Source of the DNA: Candidatus Aminicenantes bacterium
GTDB taxonomy: Bacteria; Acidobacteriota; Aminicenantia; Aminicenantales; Saccharicenantaceae
DNA: 64,000 bases
Assembly (NCBI GenBank): GCA_963717865.1
Contig: CAVQXL010000004.1
Span: 1,325,840 to 1,389,839 of the forward strand
Direction of reading: 5' to 3'
Positions 54,629-64,000 of the stretch are shown here, in pieces. The notes below the pieces were generated by a model. The model had not been told where the DNA came from and ran no database searches. It saw only the letters and a list, made by a program, of their open reading frames with translations. A program made the translations under genes and the position numbers. Each line of letters opens with the position of its first letter. Position 1 is the first letter of the stretch.

Positions 54629-55789
54629 ATGGCCAAGCTCATCTTCATGGACAACGGCGCGACGTCCTTCCCCAAACCCGAAGAGGTCTACGTGTTCATG
54701 GACCATTTCTACAGGAACTTCGGGGTCAACCCCGGGCGCTCCGGCTACGACCTCTGCCTGGAGACCGGGTCCCTGGTCGACGGCACTCGGAAGCTGTTGA
54801 CGAAGTTCTTCCACGGCGGGAACCCCGACCGGCTCTGCTTCTCCTACAACTCGACCGACGCCCTGAACCTCATCCTCTTCGGAATGCTCAAGCCGGGCGA
54901 CCATGCCGTGACCACGACCCTGGAGCACAACTCCGTTCTCCGCCCCCTCTATCACCTCGCCCAGGCCGGCGTCGAGGTGGACCATGTTCCCTTCGACGGG
55001 GCCGGCTTCGTCGACCCCGACGCGTTCGCCAAACGGTTCCGGCCCGGCACGAAGCTCGTCGTCGTCAACCACGCCTCGAACGTCATCGGCACCGTCCAGC
55101 CCATCCGGGAGATCGGAAGACGGTGTCGCGAACGCGGGATCGCCTTCGTCATCGACGCCTCCCAGTCGGCCGGCAAGGTCCCGATCGACATCGAGGACGC
55201 CTGCGTCGACGTCGTGGCCTTCACCGGCCACAAGTCCCTGCTCGGCCCGACGGGGATCGGCGGCCTCTACGTCGGGGAGGGGGTCGATATTCGGATCACC
55301 CGGGCGGGCGGAACGGGGGTCCGTTCGGCCGTCCGGACGCATCTCGAGGAGTATCCGTACAGGCTCGAGTACGGCACGCTCAACGTCCTCGGGGTCGCGG
55401 GCCTCCATGCCGGCGTGAAATGGGTCCAGGAGAAAGGCCTCGACGCGCTCCACGCCCAGGAGATGGCCCTGACGCGGAAGCTCCGGGACGGGCTCCGGGC
55501 GATCGACGGCGTCACGCTCTACTGTCAGGACGACCTCGCCGGCCACATCAGCGTCCTGGCGTTCAACGTGGACGGCATGGAAGCGCTCAACGTCGGGACC
55601 ATCCTCGACGTCGATCACAACATCGCCTGCAGGACCGGCCTGCATTGCGCTCCGCTCCTCCACGAACAGCTGGGCACCGACAAGCTCCACGGCGCCGTCC
55701 GCTTCGGCATCGGGCCTTTCAATACCGAAGCCCATATCGATACGGCCATCGCCGCCGTCGCTGAGATCGCCGCGATGGCGCGCAAGTAG
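54629..55789 (+). CDS. class-V aminotransferase-fold PLP enzyme (cysteine desulfurase / selenocysteine lyase-like)
   Basis: 386 aa, intact. FMDNGATSFP, the PLP lysine context FTGHKSLLGPTG and the active-site loop ACRTGLHCAP. RBS GGAGG. A possible promoter is TTGATT-N17-TAGTAT at 54573-54601. Confidence 0.85.
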   Translation: MAKLIFMDNGATSFPKPEEVYVFMDHFYRNFGVNPGRSGYDLCLETGSLVDGTRKLLTKFFHGGNPDRLCFSYNSTDALNLILFGMLKPGDHAVTTTLEHNSVLRPLYHLAQAGVEVDHVPFDGAGFVDPDAFAKRFRPGTKLVVVNHASNVIGTVQPIREIGRRCRERGIAFVIDASQSAGKVPIDIEDACVDVVAFTGHKSLLGPTGIGGLYVGEGVDIRITRAGGTGVRSAVRTHLEEYPYRLEYGTLNVLGVAGLHAGVKWVQEKGLDALHAQEMALTRKLRDGLRAIDGVTLYCQDDLAGHISVLAFNVDGMEALNVGTILDVDHNIACRTGLHCAPLLHEQLGTDKLHGAVRFGIGPFNTEAHIDTAIAAVAEIAAMARK

Positions 55790-56005
55790 CGCCCGCCTTC
55801 GAAGCCCTTGGGGTGCGACGCTGTGAAGATCGCCCTCTCTCCCCCAGCCCCTCCTTGATAAGGAGAGCGCTTAGAAAACAGCTTCGTGTCGCCGGAGCAG
55901 AAGACACATATAAGCATCTGTCTGCGTCCCGCGAACGAGGAGCGTGGTTCTCAGGGAGCGCGGGAGGCGAGGGGCGTGTGCGGAGTTCAGGCGGTCCCTG
56001 GGCCC

Positions 56006-56326
56006 TTAGACGCAGCCGTCGGGCTTCGGCAATCCTGCCACCATGCAGGCGCCCTTGGCCGGGCCCGAGGGAAAGAGCTCGAAGATACGCTTGAGGGGAA
56101 GGCCCGTAGCCTGGCACATCTTTCGGACCATAGGGGCCTGGCCGTTCGCGACGTAGTGGCCACGGATGAAGTCGACGACGGCCCAGTGCTCCTCGGTCAG
56201 GGAGCCGATCCCCTCCCGCGCCCGGGCCAGGATGGCGGCGATCTCCTTCGACCACTCGTCCGGGCGGGCCATGAATCCCTCTTCGTTGATCTCGATCCGA
56301 AATCCTGTGTCCTCGATGACGGGCAT
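56006..56326 (-). CDS. DsrC/TusE-family sulfur-relay protein with both C-terminal cysteines (Cx10C)
   Basis: M21 of ORF 56006..56386, preceded by RBS GAGGAGAAGG. EEGFMARPDEWSKEIA, TEEHWAVVDFIRGHY and LFPSGPAKGACMVAGLPKPDGCV* (Cys-x10-Cys-Val end). Confidence 0.8.
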   Translation of the reverse strand: MPVIEDTGFRIEINEEGFMARPDEWSKEIAAILARAREGIGSLTEEHWAVVDFIRGHYVANGQAPMVRKMCQATGLPLKRIFELFPSGPAKGACMVAGLPKPDGCV

Positions 56327-56357
56327 GGCCTTCTCCTCGGCGTCGAAATGAGGAGCC

Positions 56358-56386
56358 ATTATAGCCGGAAAACTTCCGGCCGCCAA
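56358..56386 (-). promoter_or_regulatory. sigma70-like promoter of the DsrC-like gene with a perfectly palindromic spacer (could double as the phoR-operon terminator stem)
   Basis: On the minus strand: TTGGCG (56386-81), a 17-nt spacer GCCGGAAGTTTTCCGGC (7-bp perfect arms), then TATAAT (56363-58). Confidence 0.45.
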
Positions 56387-56407
56387 GGGATCCCTCTCCC
56401 CGCAGGC

Positions 56408-57163
56408 CTATTCCCGGACCGTAGCCGAGGGGTGCCCGCCCAGCGGGTCGATCCTCGCCGCGAGCGAGAAGAGGAACGGATAGTTCTCCTTGAGGTGTTC
56501 GGCGTAGACGAGCCATTCGACGGTGATCTGCGAATAAGCCCTCCGGGCGTCGATCTCCAGGTGCCGGAGGTCCGCCGGCGGAAGGTCCTCGAGGTTCCCC
56601 TCGCGGAATGCCAGCTCCTCGGCCAGATGGAATACGGCCCAGAGGAGGTCGGTGAATCGGTCGTGTTCGAGCAGGCTGGGATTTTCCAGGAGGCGCACCA
56701 TGAAATCGCGGTCCCGCGCGAGGAGCGCTCTCAGTTCGCGGAGCGTGGCCGGAGAGAGAGCCATCTCGTAGGGGAACGCCGCGGCGGCGGCTTCGGCTTT
56801 CACGAAATCCCCGTGTTTCCAGGCCGGACGGATGCCGCACTGGGCCCGGAGGTCCTCCCCGTGCGCGACGCAGGCGGAGAATCGCCTGAGGAGCTCGAGA
56901 CCGACCTCGCTGAAGAAGGCGCCGATGACCATATTGAGCTTTTCGAGCAACGACCGCTTCTCCCGGCGCGCGAGCAGTCGCTCGATGAACACGATGACCA
57001 CGAGGGCGTTCAGGAAGAGGAATCCGATGTCCATGATCAGGTAGAAGAAAATGCTCCGGAGCTCGCCGAAGATGAGGTAGTGGACGACGTACGTGACCGC
57101 GGACAGGGCCACGAAGCCGAGAGACACCGGAAGGAGCCAGGCCCCGCCCTTACGGCGCTTCAT
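56408..57163 (-). CDS. uncharacterised membrane protein (2 N-terminal TM segments plus ~170-aa helical cytoplasmic domain), translationally coupled to phoR
   Basis: 251 aa, intact. The ATG overlaps the phoR stop by 4 nt (57160-57163). TM segments are WLLPVSLGFVALSAVTYVVHYLIFG and IFFYLIMDIGFLFLNALVVIVFI. I recognise no family. Confidence 0.55.
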   Translation of the reverse strand: MKRRKGGAWLLPVSLGFVALSAVTYVVHYLIFGELRSIFFYLIMDIGFLFLNALVVIVFIERLLARREKRSLLEKLNMVIGAFFSEVGLELLRRFSACVAHGEDLRAQCGIRPAWKHGDFVKAEAAAAAFPYEMALSPATLRELRALLARDRDFMVRLLENPSLLEHDRFTDLLWAVFHLAEELAFREGNLEDLPPADLRHLEIDARRAYSQITVEWLVYAEHLKENYPFLFSLAARIDPLGGHPSATVRE

Positions 57164-58893
57164 GGCTTTCCTCCCGGGAGAGCGACGGTGAACGTCGAGC
57201 CCTCGCCGAGACGGCTGGAAACGCCTATCCGGCCGCCGTGCGCCTTGACGACGTGCTTGACGATGGAAAGCCCCAGGCCTGTTCCGCCGAGCTTTCGCGA
57301 CCGCGACTTGTCGACGACATAGAATCTCTCGAAGATGTGGGGCAGGTGCTCTTCGGGGATGCCGATCCCGGTATCGCGGACCTCGACGATAAGATCCTCC
57401 CCGCGGGCGGACAGGGAGATCGTCACCGAGCCCTTTTCCGTAGCCTTGAGGGCATTGTCGATCAAGTTGACCAGCATCTGCTCGAGCTTGAAGGCGTCTC
57501 CCCGGACGCGGGGAAGCGAAGCGTCGGCCTTGAGCTCGAGACGGACGCCTTTGGCTTCGCTTTTGGCCGCGAACAGCGCGATGACGCTGGCCGCGAGGGA
57601 ATTCATATCGACCATCGAGGACTCCAGCCTTGCGCCCCCGTCCTCCATTTCGGCGAGGGTCATCAGGTCCTGGACGATGCCGATCATCCGGTCGGTGTTC
57701 CGGCCGATGATCTCGAGATAGCCCTTGTCCTCCCCCTGCACCCTGTCCTCGAGGGCCTCGACGAATCCCTTGATAGCCGTGAGCGGGGTTCTGAGCTCAT
57801 GGGAGGCGTTGAGGACGAGGTCCTTCTTCATCCGCTCGGCGTCCCGGATCTCGCTGAGGTCGTGGATGGTGACGACGACGCGCTCCCGGGACGGCAGGAA
57901 GGCCGCGCCGCAGAGGAATGACCGGTCCTTCAGCACGACCTCGTCGGAAGCCTTCATCCGGCCCTCCTTGACCCGCCGGACCAGCTCGGTGAATCGCGTC
58001 CCCCGAATGACTTCCCAATAGTATCGCCCTTCGGCGGCCGGGTCGGCGACGACCGACCGGAATTTCTCGTTGATGAGGACGATCCGGTCGTCCCGGTCGA
58101 TGACGAGGAGGCCGTCCTGGGTGGAGGCGAGAATGCTGTCGAGCTCCTCGCGCCGCTCCTCGCAGGTCGCGAAGGTTGACCTCAGGTCCGATGTCATCGT
58201 GTTGAAGCTCCGGGCGAAATCGGCGAACTCGCCCCTGTGCCGGAGCGAAACCTTGGCTTCGAAATCCCCCTCGGCCACTTTGCGGGAAGCCGCGACGAAT
58301 TCCCGGACCGGCCCCGAGATCGACCGTGAGAAAAAGAGCATGGCTAGAAAAACGATGACCATAACGGCCAGGGCCGTCCCGATGATCCTCTCCTTCAGGT
58401 GGGCGAGCAGGCCGTCGATGTCCTTCATGAACCGGCTCAACCGGAGCGCCCCGAGGACCTTCCCGCCCTCGACGAGGGGAAAGCTCATGTAGAGCATATC
58501 GGCCTTGACCGTGGAGCTGCGCCGAAGGGCCCGCGCCGGCTCTCCCTTGAGCGACTGGAAGACCTCGGGCCTGTATTGGTGGCTCTCCATGCGCTCCGGA
58601 ACCGCTTCGGAATCCGCGAGGACGGCTCCGGTCGCGTCGACGACCGTGATCCTGACCTGAGCCTTTCGGGCGACGTCCCTGGCGATGAGTTCGAGCGCCT
58701 CCGGCCCTCCCTGCTTCAGGGCGGGGACGATCGTCGGCTTGACGACCTCCGCCAGGCTCCCCAGGTGGGCCGCCTGGTCGTCGATATAGGCGGACCGGAT
58801 CGCCTTGAACGAGAAGAAAAGGATGGCCGCCGCGGCCGCCGCGATGATGAGGCAGAATCCCCCAAAGATCCTGAGAAACAGCGTGTTCTTCAT
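57160..58893 (-). CDS. phoR: PhoR-type sensor histidine kinase (TM-HAMP-PAS-HisKA-HATPase)
   Basis: 577 aa, intact. H-box NASHELRTPLTAIKG, N-box LVNLIDNALKAT, G-boxes DTGIGIP and GGTGLGLSIV. It overlaps phoB by 4 nt. Confidence 0.85.
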   Translation of the reverse strand: MKNTLFLRIFGGFCLIIAAAAAAILFFSFKAIRSAYIDDQAAHLGSLAEVVKPTIVPALKQGGPEALELIARDVARKAQVRITVVDATGAVLADSEAVPERMESHQYRPEVFQSLKGEPARALRRSSTVKADMLYMSFPLVEGGKVLGALRLSRFMKDIDGLLAHLKERIIGTALAVMVIVFLAMLFFSRSISGPVREFVAASRKVAEGDFEAKVSLRHRGEFADFARSFNTMTSDLRSTFATCEERREELDSILASTQDGLLVIDRDDRIVLINEKFRSVVADPAAEGRYYWEVIRGTRFTELVRRVKEGRMKASDEVVLKDRSFLCGAAFLPSRERVVVTIHDLSEIRDAERMKKDLVLNASHELRTPLTAIKGFVEALEDRVQGEDKGYLEIIGRNTDRMIGIVQDLMTLAEMEDGGARLESSMVDMNSLAASVIALFAAKSEAKGVRLELKADASLPRVRGDAFKLEQMLVNLIDNALKATEKGSVTISLSARGEDLIVEVRDTGIGIPEEHLPHIFERFYVVDKSRSRKLGGTGLGLSIVKHVVKAHGGRIGVSSRLGEGSTFTVALPGGKP

Positions 58894-59604
58894 GGTTCCA
58901 GCTTATACCCCGCTCCCCGAACGTTCTGGATGATATCCCCCCGCCGTCCCAGCTTCCGGCGCAGGTTCCGGATGTGGACGTCGATGGTTCTGTCCGTGAC
59001 GACCTTCTCGTCGCCCCAAAGACGGTCAAGAAGCCTGTCCCTGGATAGGACGCGGCCGCCGCTCGAGGCCAGCGCGTCCAGGATCCCGAACTCCGCGGGC
59101 GTCAGGTCGAGCCGGCCGCCGTCGGCGGTGACCTCGCGCCTGTCTCGATCGATGACGAGCCCGTCGCCGATCTGGGTCCTCCGCCCCGCGCCTCCCGCCG
59201 TCTCCCCCGTTCTCCTCAGGACGGCTCTCACCCGCGCGGTGAGCTCCCGGGCGGCGAAGGGCTTGGTCAGGTAGTCGTCGGCGCCTATTTCCAAGCCCTA
59301 AAACACGGTCCGCCTCGCCCGCCCGGGCGGTGAGCATGATCACCGGGATGCCCGACCAGGCCTCCGAGCGCTTGAGGAGCCTGAAGACCTCGAGGCCGTC
59401 CGTACCGGGCAGCATCAGGTCGAGGATCAGGAGGTCGGGGGCGTGGCTCCGAAGGTAGCCGAACAGTTTTTCGGGATCGGAGAAGGCCGCGACCGAAAAG
59501 CCCGCGCTCCCGAGGTGGAGCTTGAGGAGCGCGAGGATATCCTCTTCGTCGTCGAGAACAGCGATGGTGATGGTTCGAGTCAAAGCGCGTTTCCCTGCCG
59601 GCAA
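58890..59604 (-). pseudogene. phoB: OmpR/PhoB-family response regulator; one frameshift near 59290
   Basis: Receiver domain IAVLDDEEDILALL...DLLILDLMLPGTDG...PVIMLTA. In another frame: IGADDYLTKPFAARELTARV and a winged helix (LTPAEFGILDAL..., RTIDVHIRNLRRKL, VRGAGYKL). The start is TTG 59604 or TTG 59577. A possible promoter is TTGGGG-N17-TATAAT at 59648-59620. Confidence 0.85.
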
Positions 59605-59663
59605 CGGGGTTACGGGGGTATTATAATGAAAAACCGGCCGGGCCCCAAGGGGGGAAGACGAAA

Positions 59664-59692
59664 TTGCCCCGGGCCGTTCATCGGACTATAAT
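59664..59692 (+). promoter_or_regulatory. sigma70-like promoter of the MBL-fold hydrolase gene
   Basis: TTGCCC (59664-69), a 17-nt spacer, then TATAAT (59687-92). RBS AAGGAGG and ATG 59721 follow. Confidence 0.4.
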
Positions 59693-59720
59693 CGTCCCGT
59701 CAAAGGCAAGGAGGTCGGAC

Positions 59721-60460
59721 ATGTATAAAGCGCTCTGGATCTTCCTGGCCGCGGCCGCGGGGCTCGGGCTCTTCGGGATGGCTCTGCAGAGGATCGAGGA
59801 GGACGTCTTCCCGACGCCCGGGGGCGACCTGCGCATCTCCTTCGTCGGTCACGGTTCCCTGTTCCTAACGTTCGGCGGACAAGGTCGTCCATGTGGACCC
59901 GGTCGGGTCGGAGGGAGACTACGCGATCCTGCCGAAGGCCGATCTCATCCTCGTCACGCACGAACACGGCGATCACCTGGATCCCGAGACCATCCGGGGA
60001 CTCCTCAAAGCCGGGACCCAGGTCGTCGTCTCCCCGTCGTGCGCCGGGAAGCTCAAGGACGCCGTCGTCATGATGAACGGCGAGCGGCGGAGCTTCCAGG
60101 GATTCGAGGTCGAGGCCGTGCCGGCCTATAACATCGTCCACAAGAGGCCCGATGGCAGCCCCTTCCACCCCAAGGGGCAGGGCAACGGCTATGTCCTGAC
60201 CATCGGAGGAAAAAGGATCTATATCGCCGGGGACACCGAGCCGGTTCCCGAGATGGCGGCCTTGAAGGACATCGATATCGCCTTCCTGCCCATGAACCTC
60301 CCCTACACCATGAGCCCGGAGATGACGGCCGAAGCGGCCCGGACGATCCGTCCCAGGATCCTCTACCCCTACCATTTCGGGAGCACGGACACCGGACGGC
60401 TCGATGAAGCTTCTCAAAGGAGAACCCGGGATCGAGGTCCGCGTCCGCCCGATGTCGTGA
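59721..60460 (+). pseudogene. metallo-beta-lactamase-fold hydrolase with N-terminal signal/anchor; two frameshifts (~59880, ~60405)
   Basis: MYKALWIFLAAAAGLGLFGMAL, LILVTHEHGDHLD (HxHxDH), YIAGDTE and YPYHFG. The tail ...MKLLKGEPGIEVRVRPMS* is recovered in another frame. Confidence 0.7.
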
Positions 60461-60473
60461 CGGCCGCGTCCGG

Positions 60474-61170
60474 TCAGCGCTTTTCGGGAAGGACGGCGTC
60501 GAGCGAGCGGTTCGCCTCGATGTGGTGCTTGATGGTCTTCCCCTTGACCATGTAGATCACGTCCTCGCCGATATTCGTGGCATGGTCGGCGATCCGCTCC
60601 AGGTGGCGTCCGACGAGGATGAGGTCGACCGCGCGGGTGATCGTTTCGGCGTCCTGCATCATGTAGGTCAGGAGCTCCCGGAAGACCTGCTCGTTGAGCT
60701 GGTCCACCTGGTCGTCCCTCTCGCAGACCTCCAGGGCCAGGCGGTCGTCGCCGTTGATGAAGGCGCGGATCGCGTCCCGGACCATGTCCTGGGCCAGGAC
60801 GGCCATCCGGGGGATGTCGATAAGCGGCTTGAGCTGGGGGATGGCGCAGGAGCTCGATCGTCCGCTCGATGATATTGACCGCTTGGTCCCCGATCCGCTC
60901 CAGGTCGCTCGTGATCTTCATGGCCGAGGTGATGAATCTCAGGTCGGCGGCCATCGGCTGTCTCAGGGCGAGGAGCCGCATGCAGAGCTCGTCGATCTCG
61001 ATCTCCAGGTGGTTGATAGACTCCTCCCGTCTCATGACCTCGGAAACCAGGGCTTCGTTCCGGTCCTTCAGGCAGCGGACCGCGAAGGCGATGGACTCCT
61101 CGGCGTAGGCCGCCATCTCCAGGATCTTGGCCTTGAGCCCCTTGAGTTCCTCGTCAAAAGGTCTTTCCAT
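60474..61170 (-). pseudogene. phoU: phosphate signalling complex protein PhoU; one frameshift near 60840
   Basis: MERPFDEELKGLKAKILEM..., both PhoU repeats (DLERIGDQAVNI and HLERIADHATNIGEDVIY), split between ORFs 59686..61170 and 60474..60806. Confidence 0.85.
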
Positions 61171-61197
61171 CGGAACCTCCCCTGGAATTCCGCGATC

Positions 61198-61965
61198 TCA
61201 TCCGAACCGTCCCGTGACGTAATCCTCGGTGAGCCTATGGGCCGGGCTCGTGAAGATCTTCTCGGTCCGGTCGTGCTCGACGACCTCCCCGAGCATCATG
61301 AACGCCGTGAAGTCCGAGACCCTGGCCGCCTGCTGCATGTTATGGGTCACGATGACGACAGTATACAACTTTTTCAATTCCTGGATAAGGTCTTCGATCT
61401 TGGCCGTCGCGATCGGGTCGATGGCCGAGCACGGCTCGTCGAAGAGGATGACCTCGGGCTCGACGGCCAGCGCCCGGGCGATGCAGAGGCGCTGTTGCTG
61501 GCCTCCGGAAAGGTCAAGGGCGTGTTCGCCGAGGCGGTCCTTGACCTCGTCCCAAAGGGCGGCCTGCCGCAGGCTCCGTTCGACGACCTCGTCGAGCCTT
61601 CGGCGGTTCCGGACGCTTTCGATCCTCAGGCCATAGGCGATGTTGTCGTAGATGGTCTTCGGGAAGGGGTTGGGCCTCTGAAAGACCATCCCGACCCGGC
61701 GTCTCAAGCCGACGACATCCACCTCCGGGGCGTAGATGTCGGCCCCGCCGAGCAGGACCTTCCCCTCCACCCGGGCCGAGGGCAGGACGTCGTTCATCCG
61801 GTTCAGGGTCCGGATGAAGGTCGACTTGCCGCAGCCGGACGGCCCGATGATCGCCGTCACCTTCTTCTCCGGGCAGGCGATGCTGACGTTCTTCAAGGCC
61901 TGCTTGCGCCCGTAAAAGAAGCTCAGGTCCTTCGTTTCGATCTTCGCTCGGAGATCCATGATCAT
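61198..61965 (-). CDS. pstB: phosphate ABC transporter ATP-binding protein PstB
   Basis: Internal start of ORF 61198..63132 ([19 protein letters not shown]). Walker [10 protein letters not shown], signature LSGGQQQRL and Walker B ILFDEP. The ATG forms ATGA with the pstA stop. Confidence 0.95.
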   Translation of the reverse strand: MIMDLRAKIETKDLSFFYGRKQALKNVSIACPEKKVTAIIGPSGCGKSTFIRTLNRMNDVLPSARVEGKVLLGGADIYAPEVDVVGLRRRVGMVFQRPNPFPKTIYDNIAYGLRIESVRNRRRLDEVVERSLRQAALWDEVKDRLGEHALDLSGGQQQRLCIARALAVEPEVILFDEPCSAIDPIATAKIEDLIQELKKLYTVVIVTHNMQQAARVSDFTAFMMLGEVVEHDRTEKIFTSPAHRLTEDYVTGRFG

Positions 61966-62814
61966 CCTCTCCTTTTTTTCCTCAGCCTGTATCTGACGAC
62001 CACCGCCACGAGGTTCATCCCCAGGACGAACGCGATGAGAACGAGGGCCGTTCCGTAGGCCAGCGGCCGGACCGTTTGGATGGCGTGATGCTGAGTGGAC
62101 ATGATGTAAAGGTGGTATGGGAGGGCCATGAACTGGTCGGTGGGCGATTTCGGCAGGCTGGGCAGGTAGAAAGCCGCGCCCGTGAACATGATGGGAGCCG
62201 TCTCTCCGGCCGCCCTGGCCAGTCCGAGGATAGCGCCCGTCAGGATCCCCGGCATGGCCTCGGGCAGGACGTTCGTCCGGATGGCCTGCCATTTTGTGGC
62301 CCCGAGGGCGAGGGCTCCTTCCCGGTACGAATTCGGGACCGTCTTGAGCGCCTCCTCGCTGGCCGTGATCGTCCAGGGCAGGGTCAGAAGGCCCAGAGTC
62401 AGCCCGGCCGAAAGGACCGAGGTGCCGAGCTTCAAGGAGTTCACGAAGAGGATGACTCCAAAGAGACCGAAGACGATGGACGGGACCCCGGCCAGGTTGC
62501 GGATCGACAGCCGGATGATCCTCGTGAGGATCCCTTGGCCCGCATATTCGTTGAGGTAAACGGCGGCGAATACACCCAGGGGCACGGCCAGGACCGCGGT
62601 GATGATCGTCACCAGGAACGTTCCGTAGATCGCCGGAAAGATCCCGCCCTCGGTCATTCCGCGGCGCGGACCCCGGGTCAGGAACTCCCAGCTGATCGCC
62701 GCCCCGCCCTTGGAACCGATGTCGTAGAGGAGAAGGGCGAGGACGGCCAGGACGAGAACCAGGCTGGCCCGGAGGAGGAAGAACCCCGCGAGCTGAGCGA
62801 GCTTCTTGTCTCAT
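61962..62814 (-). pseudogene. pstA: phosphate ABC transporter permease PstA; frameshift just after the start codon
   Basis: ATG 62814 forms ATGA with the pstC stop. The first few codons are out of frame with the remainder (..[48 protein letters not shown]...). The EAA-loop region [13 protein letters not shown] is present. Confidence 0.85.
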
Positions 62815-63695
62815 CGTTCCCTCTCCTGGAATCGGCGCAGGAAGACGTCGGCGACGAGATTGACGGCGAAGGTCATGAGGAAGAGGACGAGTCCGATGGC
62901 AAAGAGGGCGTAGTAGTGCGTCGTGAAGTAAGGGACCTCGCCGAGCTCGATAGCGATGCCGGAGGTCATCGTCCGCAAGGACGTCAGGAGTCCCGTCGGA
63001 AAGGCCCTGGCGTTCCCCGTGGCCATGAGCACGGTCATCGTCTCGCCGATCGCCCGGCCCATGCCGAGCATGACGGCGGCCATGATCCCCGATAGCGCGG
63101 CAGGCCCCTTGACCCGGACGAGGGTCTGCCACCGGGAGGCCCCGAGGGCCAGGGAGGCCTCGCTGTAGGCGGAGGGTACGGCGGAGAGCGCATCCTCGGA
63201 AATGCTGATGATCGTCGGAAGCGCCATGATCGCCAGGAGAAAGCTGCCGTTGAGCGCCGTCAGCCCGTGGCCGATATGAAAGACCTTGGCGATCGCGGGC
63301 CCGACAAGGACGATGCCCAGGAAGCCCACGACGACCGAGGGGATGCCTGCCAGGATCTCGACGACCGGCTTGACGATCTCCCGGACGCGTCCGTTGGCTA
63401 CGTCGGACAGGTAGGCGGCGACGCCCAAACCGACCGGAACGGCGATGACAAGGGCTCCCGCGGTCACGAGGAGCGTGCTCGCGATCATGGATAGGATCCC
63501 GTACTCCGCTTTTTCCGGCGAGGTCGGGTCCCAGTTCTTCCCGGTCAGGAATTCCCCGATCCGTATCTCCCGGAAAGCCGGGAATGCCGTGAAAAGGAGG
63601 AGGAGGAATATCCCGGCGAGGACCAGGACGGCCAGGCCGGCGTTGGCCAGGAAGAATCCCCGGATCGCCGCCTCCCTGAACCGACCGGTCTTCAT
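62811..63695 (-). CDS. pstC: phosphate ABC transporter permease PstC
   Basis: 294 aa, intact, about 6 TM segments, with [14 protein letters not shown] in the EAA loop. Confidence 0.9.
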   Translation of the reverse strand: MKTGRFREAAIRGFFLANAGLAVLVLAGIFLLLLFTAFPAFREIRIGEFLTGKNWDPTSPEKAEYGILSMIASTLLVTAGALVIAVPVGLGVAAYLSDVANGRVREIVKPVVEILAGIPSVVVGFLGIVLVGPAIAKVFHIGHGLTALNGSFLLAIMALPTIISISEDALSAVPSAYSEASLALGASRWQTLVRVKGPAALSGIMAAVMLGMGRAIGETMTVLMATGNARAFPTGLLTSLRTMTSGIAIELGEVPYFTTHYYALFAIGLVLFLMTFAVNLVADVFLRRFQERER

Positions 63696-63726
63696 CGGGA
63701 CACTCCTCTTCTTCTCCGCTCCGCGG

Positions 63727-64000
63727 TCACTTCATGTTCTTGTCGTTCAGGGCCTTGAGGGGAGCCCCGATGGTGAAGAAGCCTTCCTTCTCGACGATGG
63801 CCTGCCCCTGCGGGCCGATCTCGAAGGCCAGGAAGGCCGCAAGGGCCGGTCCCGGCTTGCCGTTGGTCGCCTGATACAGCGGCCTGGCGATGGGATAGTC
63901 GCCGGAATCCACGGATCCCTTGTCGAGAGGCGAGTAGGCCTGTCCCTCGGCGGTCTTGGAGATGTTCAGGACCTTGAGGCCTTTGCGGACCTTGCCGTCC
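63727..64000 (-). CDS. pstS: phosphate-binding protein PstS, 3' part only (runs off the window edge)
   Basis: The frame is open to the edge. The C-terminus reads ...GDYPIARPLYQATNGKPGPALAAFLAFEIGPQGQAIVEKEGFFTIG.... The position upstream of pstCAB-phoU fits. Confidence 0.8.
   Translation of the reverse strand, partial: DGKVRKGLKVLNISKTAEGQAYSPLDKGSVDSGDYPIARPLYQATNGKPGPALAAFLAFEIGPQGQAIVEKEGFFTIGAPLKALNDKNMK

Noticed and set aside
55790-56005. A 215-bp convergent gap containing CTCCTT-GAT-AAGGAG and CTCTCCCCCAGCCCCTCC motifs; considered as a REP-like element or small RNA.
   Set aside because: There is a single copy in the window, only a short 6-bp stem, and no flanking U-tract or promoter that I could support. 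A whole-genome repeat count would be needed.

Overview
GC-rich bacterial chromosomal segment. Hand counts give about 63% GC in coding sequence and 33-38% in a few AT-rich intergenic islands. I can support about 54 protein genes and one tRNA-Leu. I recognised no rRNA, CRISPR array, transposase, integrase or phage genes.

Layout, left to right:
- 1-1925 (-): a RACo-like corrinoid activase followed by the start of a homocysteine-methyltransferase-domain gene.
- 2.2-16.8 kb: an envelope/secreted hydrolase block with a porin, three amidohydrolases, a small PAS protein, a Thr-type sulfatase-like TPR protein, Tat-signal TldD plus PmbA, and a sortilin/BNR protein.
- 16.8-19.6 kb: parA-parB bracketed by two unusual AT-rich non-coding islands.
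- 19.6-21.3 kb: a pterin-binding methyltransferase plus a MetF-like reductase.
- 21.3-31.1 kb (-): racemase, rho, lon, clpX, clpP, tig, tRNA-Leu and a trypsin-like protease-TPR fusion.
- 31.3-34.4 kb (+): GT87-like glycosyltransferase, DUF2085 protein, a membrane protein and a DAG-kinase-like lipid kinase.
- 34.5-49.7 kb (-): SLT, alaS, pilT, ilvE, a Ser/Thr kinase, rsmE, dnaJ, dnaK, grpE, hrcA, a Memo-like protein, and saccharopine dehydrogenase plus lysine-ketoglutarate reductase.
- 49.9-64 kb: cysS, yraN, a TonB-dependent receptor, folK, a class-V aminotransferase, DsrC/TusE, an unknown membrane protein, phoR, phoB, an MBL hydrolase, and phoU-pstBACS.

Main caveat: about 28 of the 54 genes, including essential ones (alaS, cysS, rho, lon, clpX, dnaK), are broken by one to many frameshifts. 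All seven junctions I rebuilt by hand are +/-1 nt changes in short homopolymer runs, so I read these as assembly indels rather than gene decay. Such genes are typed pseudogene only because the reading frame is disrupted in this sequence. Their coordinates are reconstructed across frames and are approximate wherever a shift lies near an end.

I found no self-evident new defence or mobile system. The loci most worth a second look are:
- the parAB region with its repeats and palindrome;
- the dispersed modules of a possible split cobalamin-dependent methionine synthase (RACo + Hcy domain; MeTr + MetF-like);
- an AASS-like split saccharopine pathway;
- a Cx10C DsrC next to a cysteine-desulfurase-like gene;
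- a lid-less DnaK;
- an uncharacterised membrane protein coupled to phoR.

Taxonomy cannot be fixed from this window.
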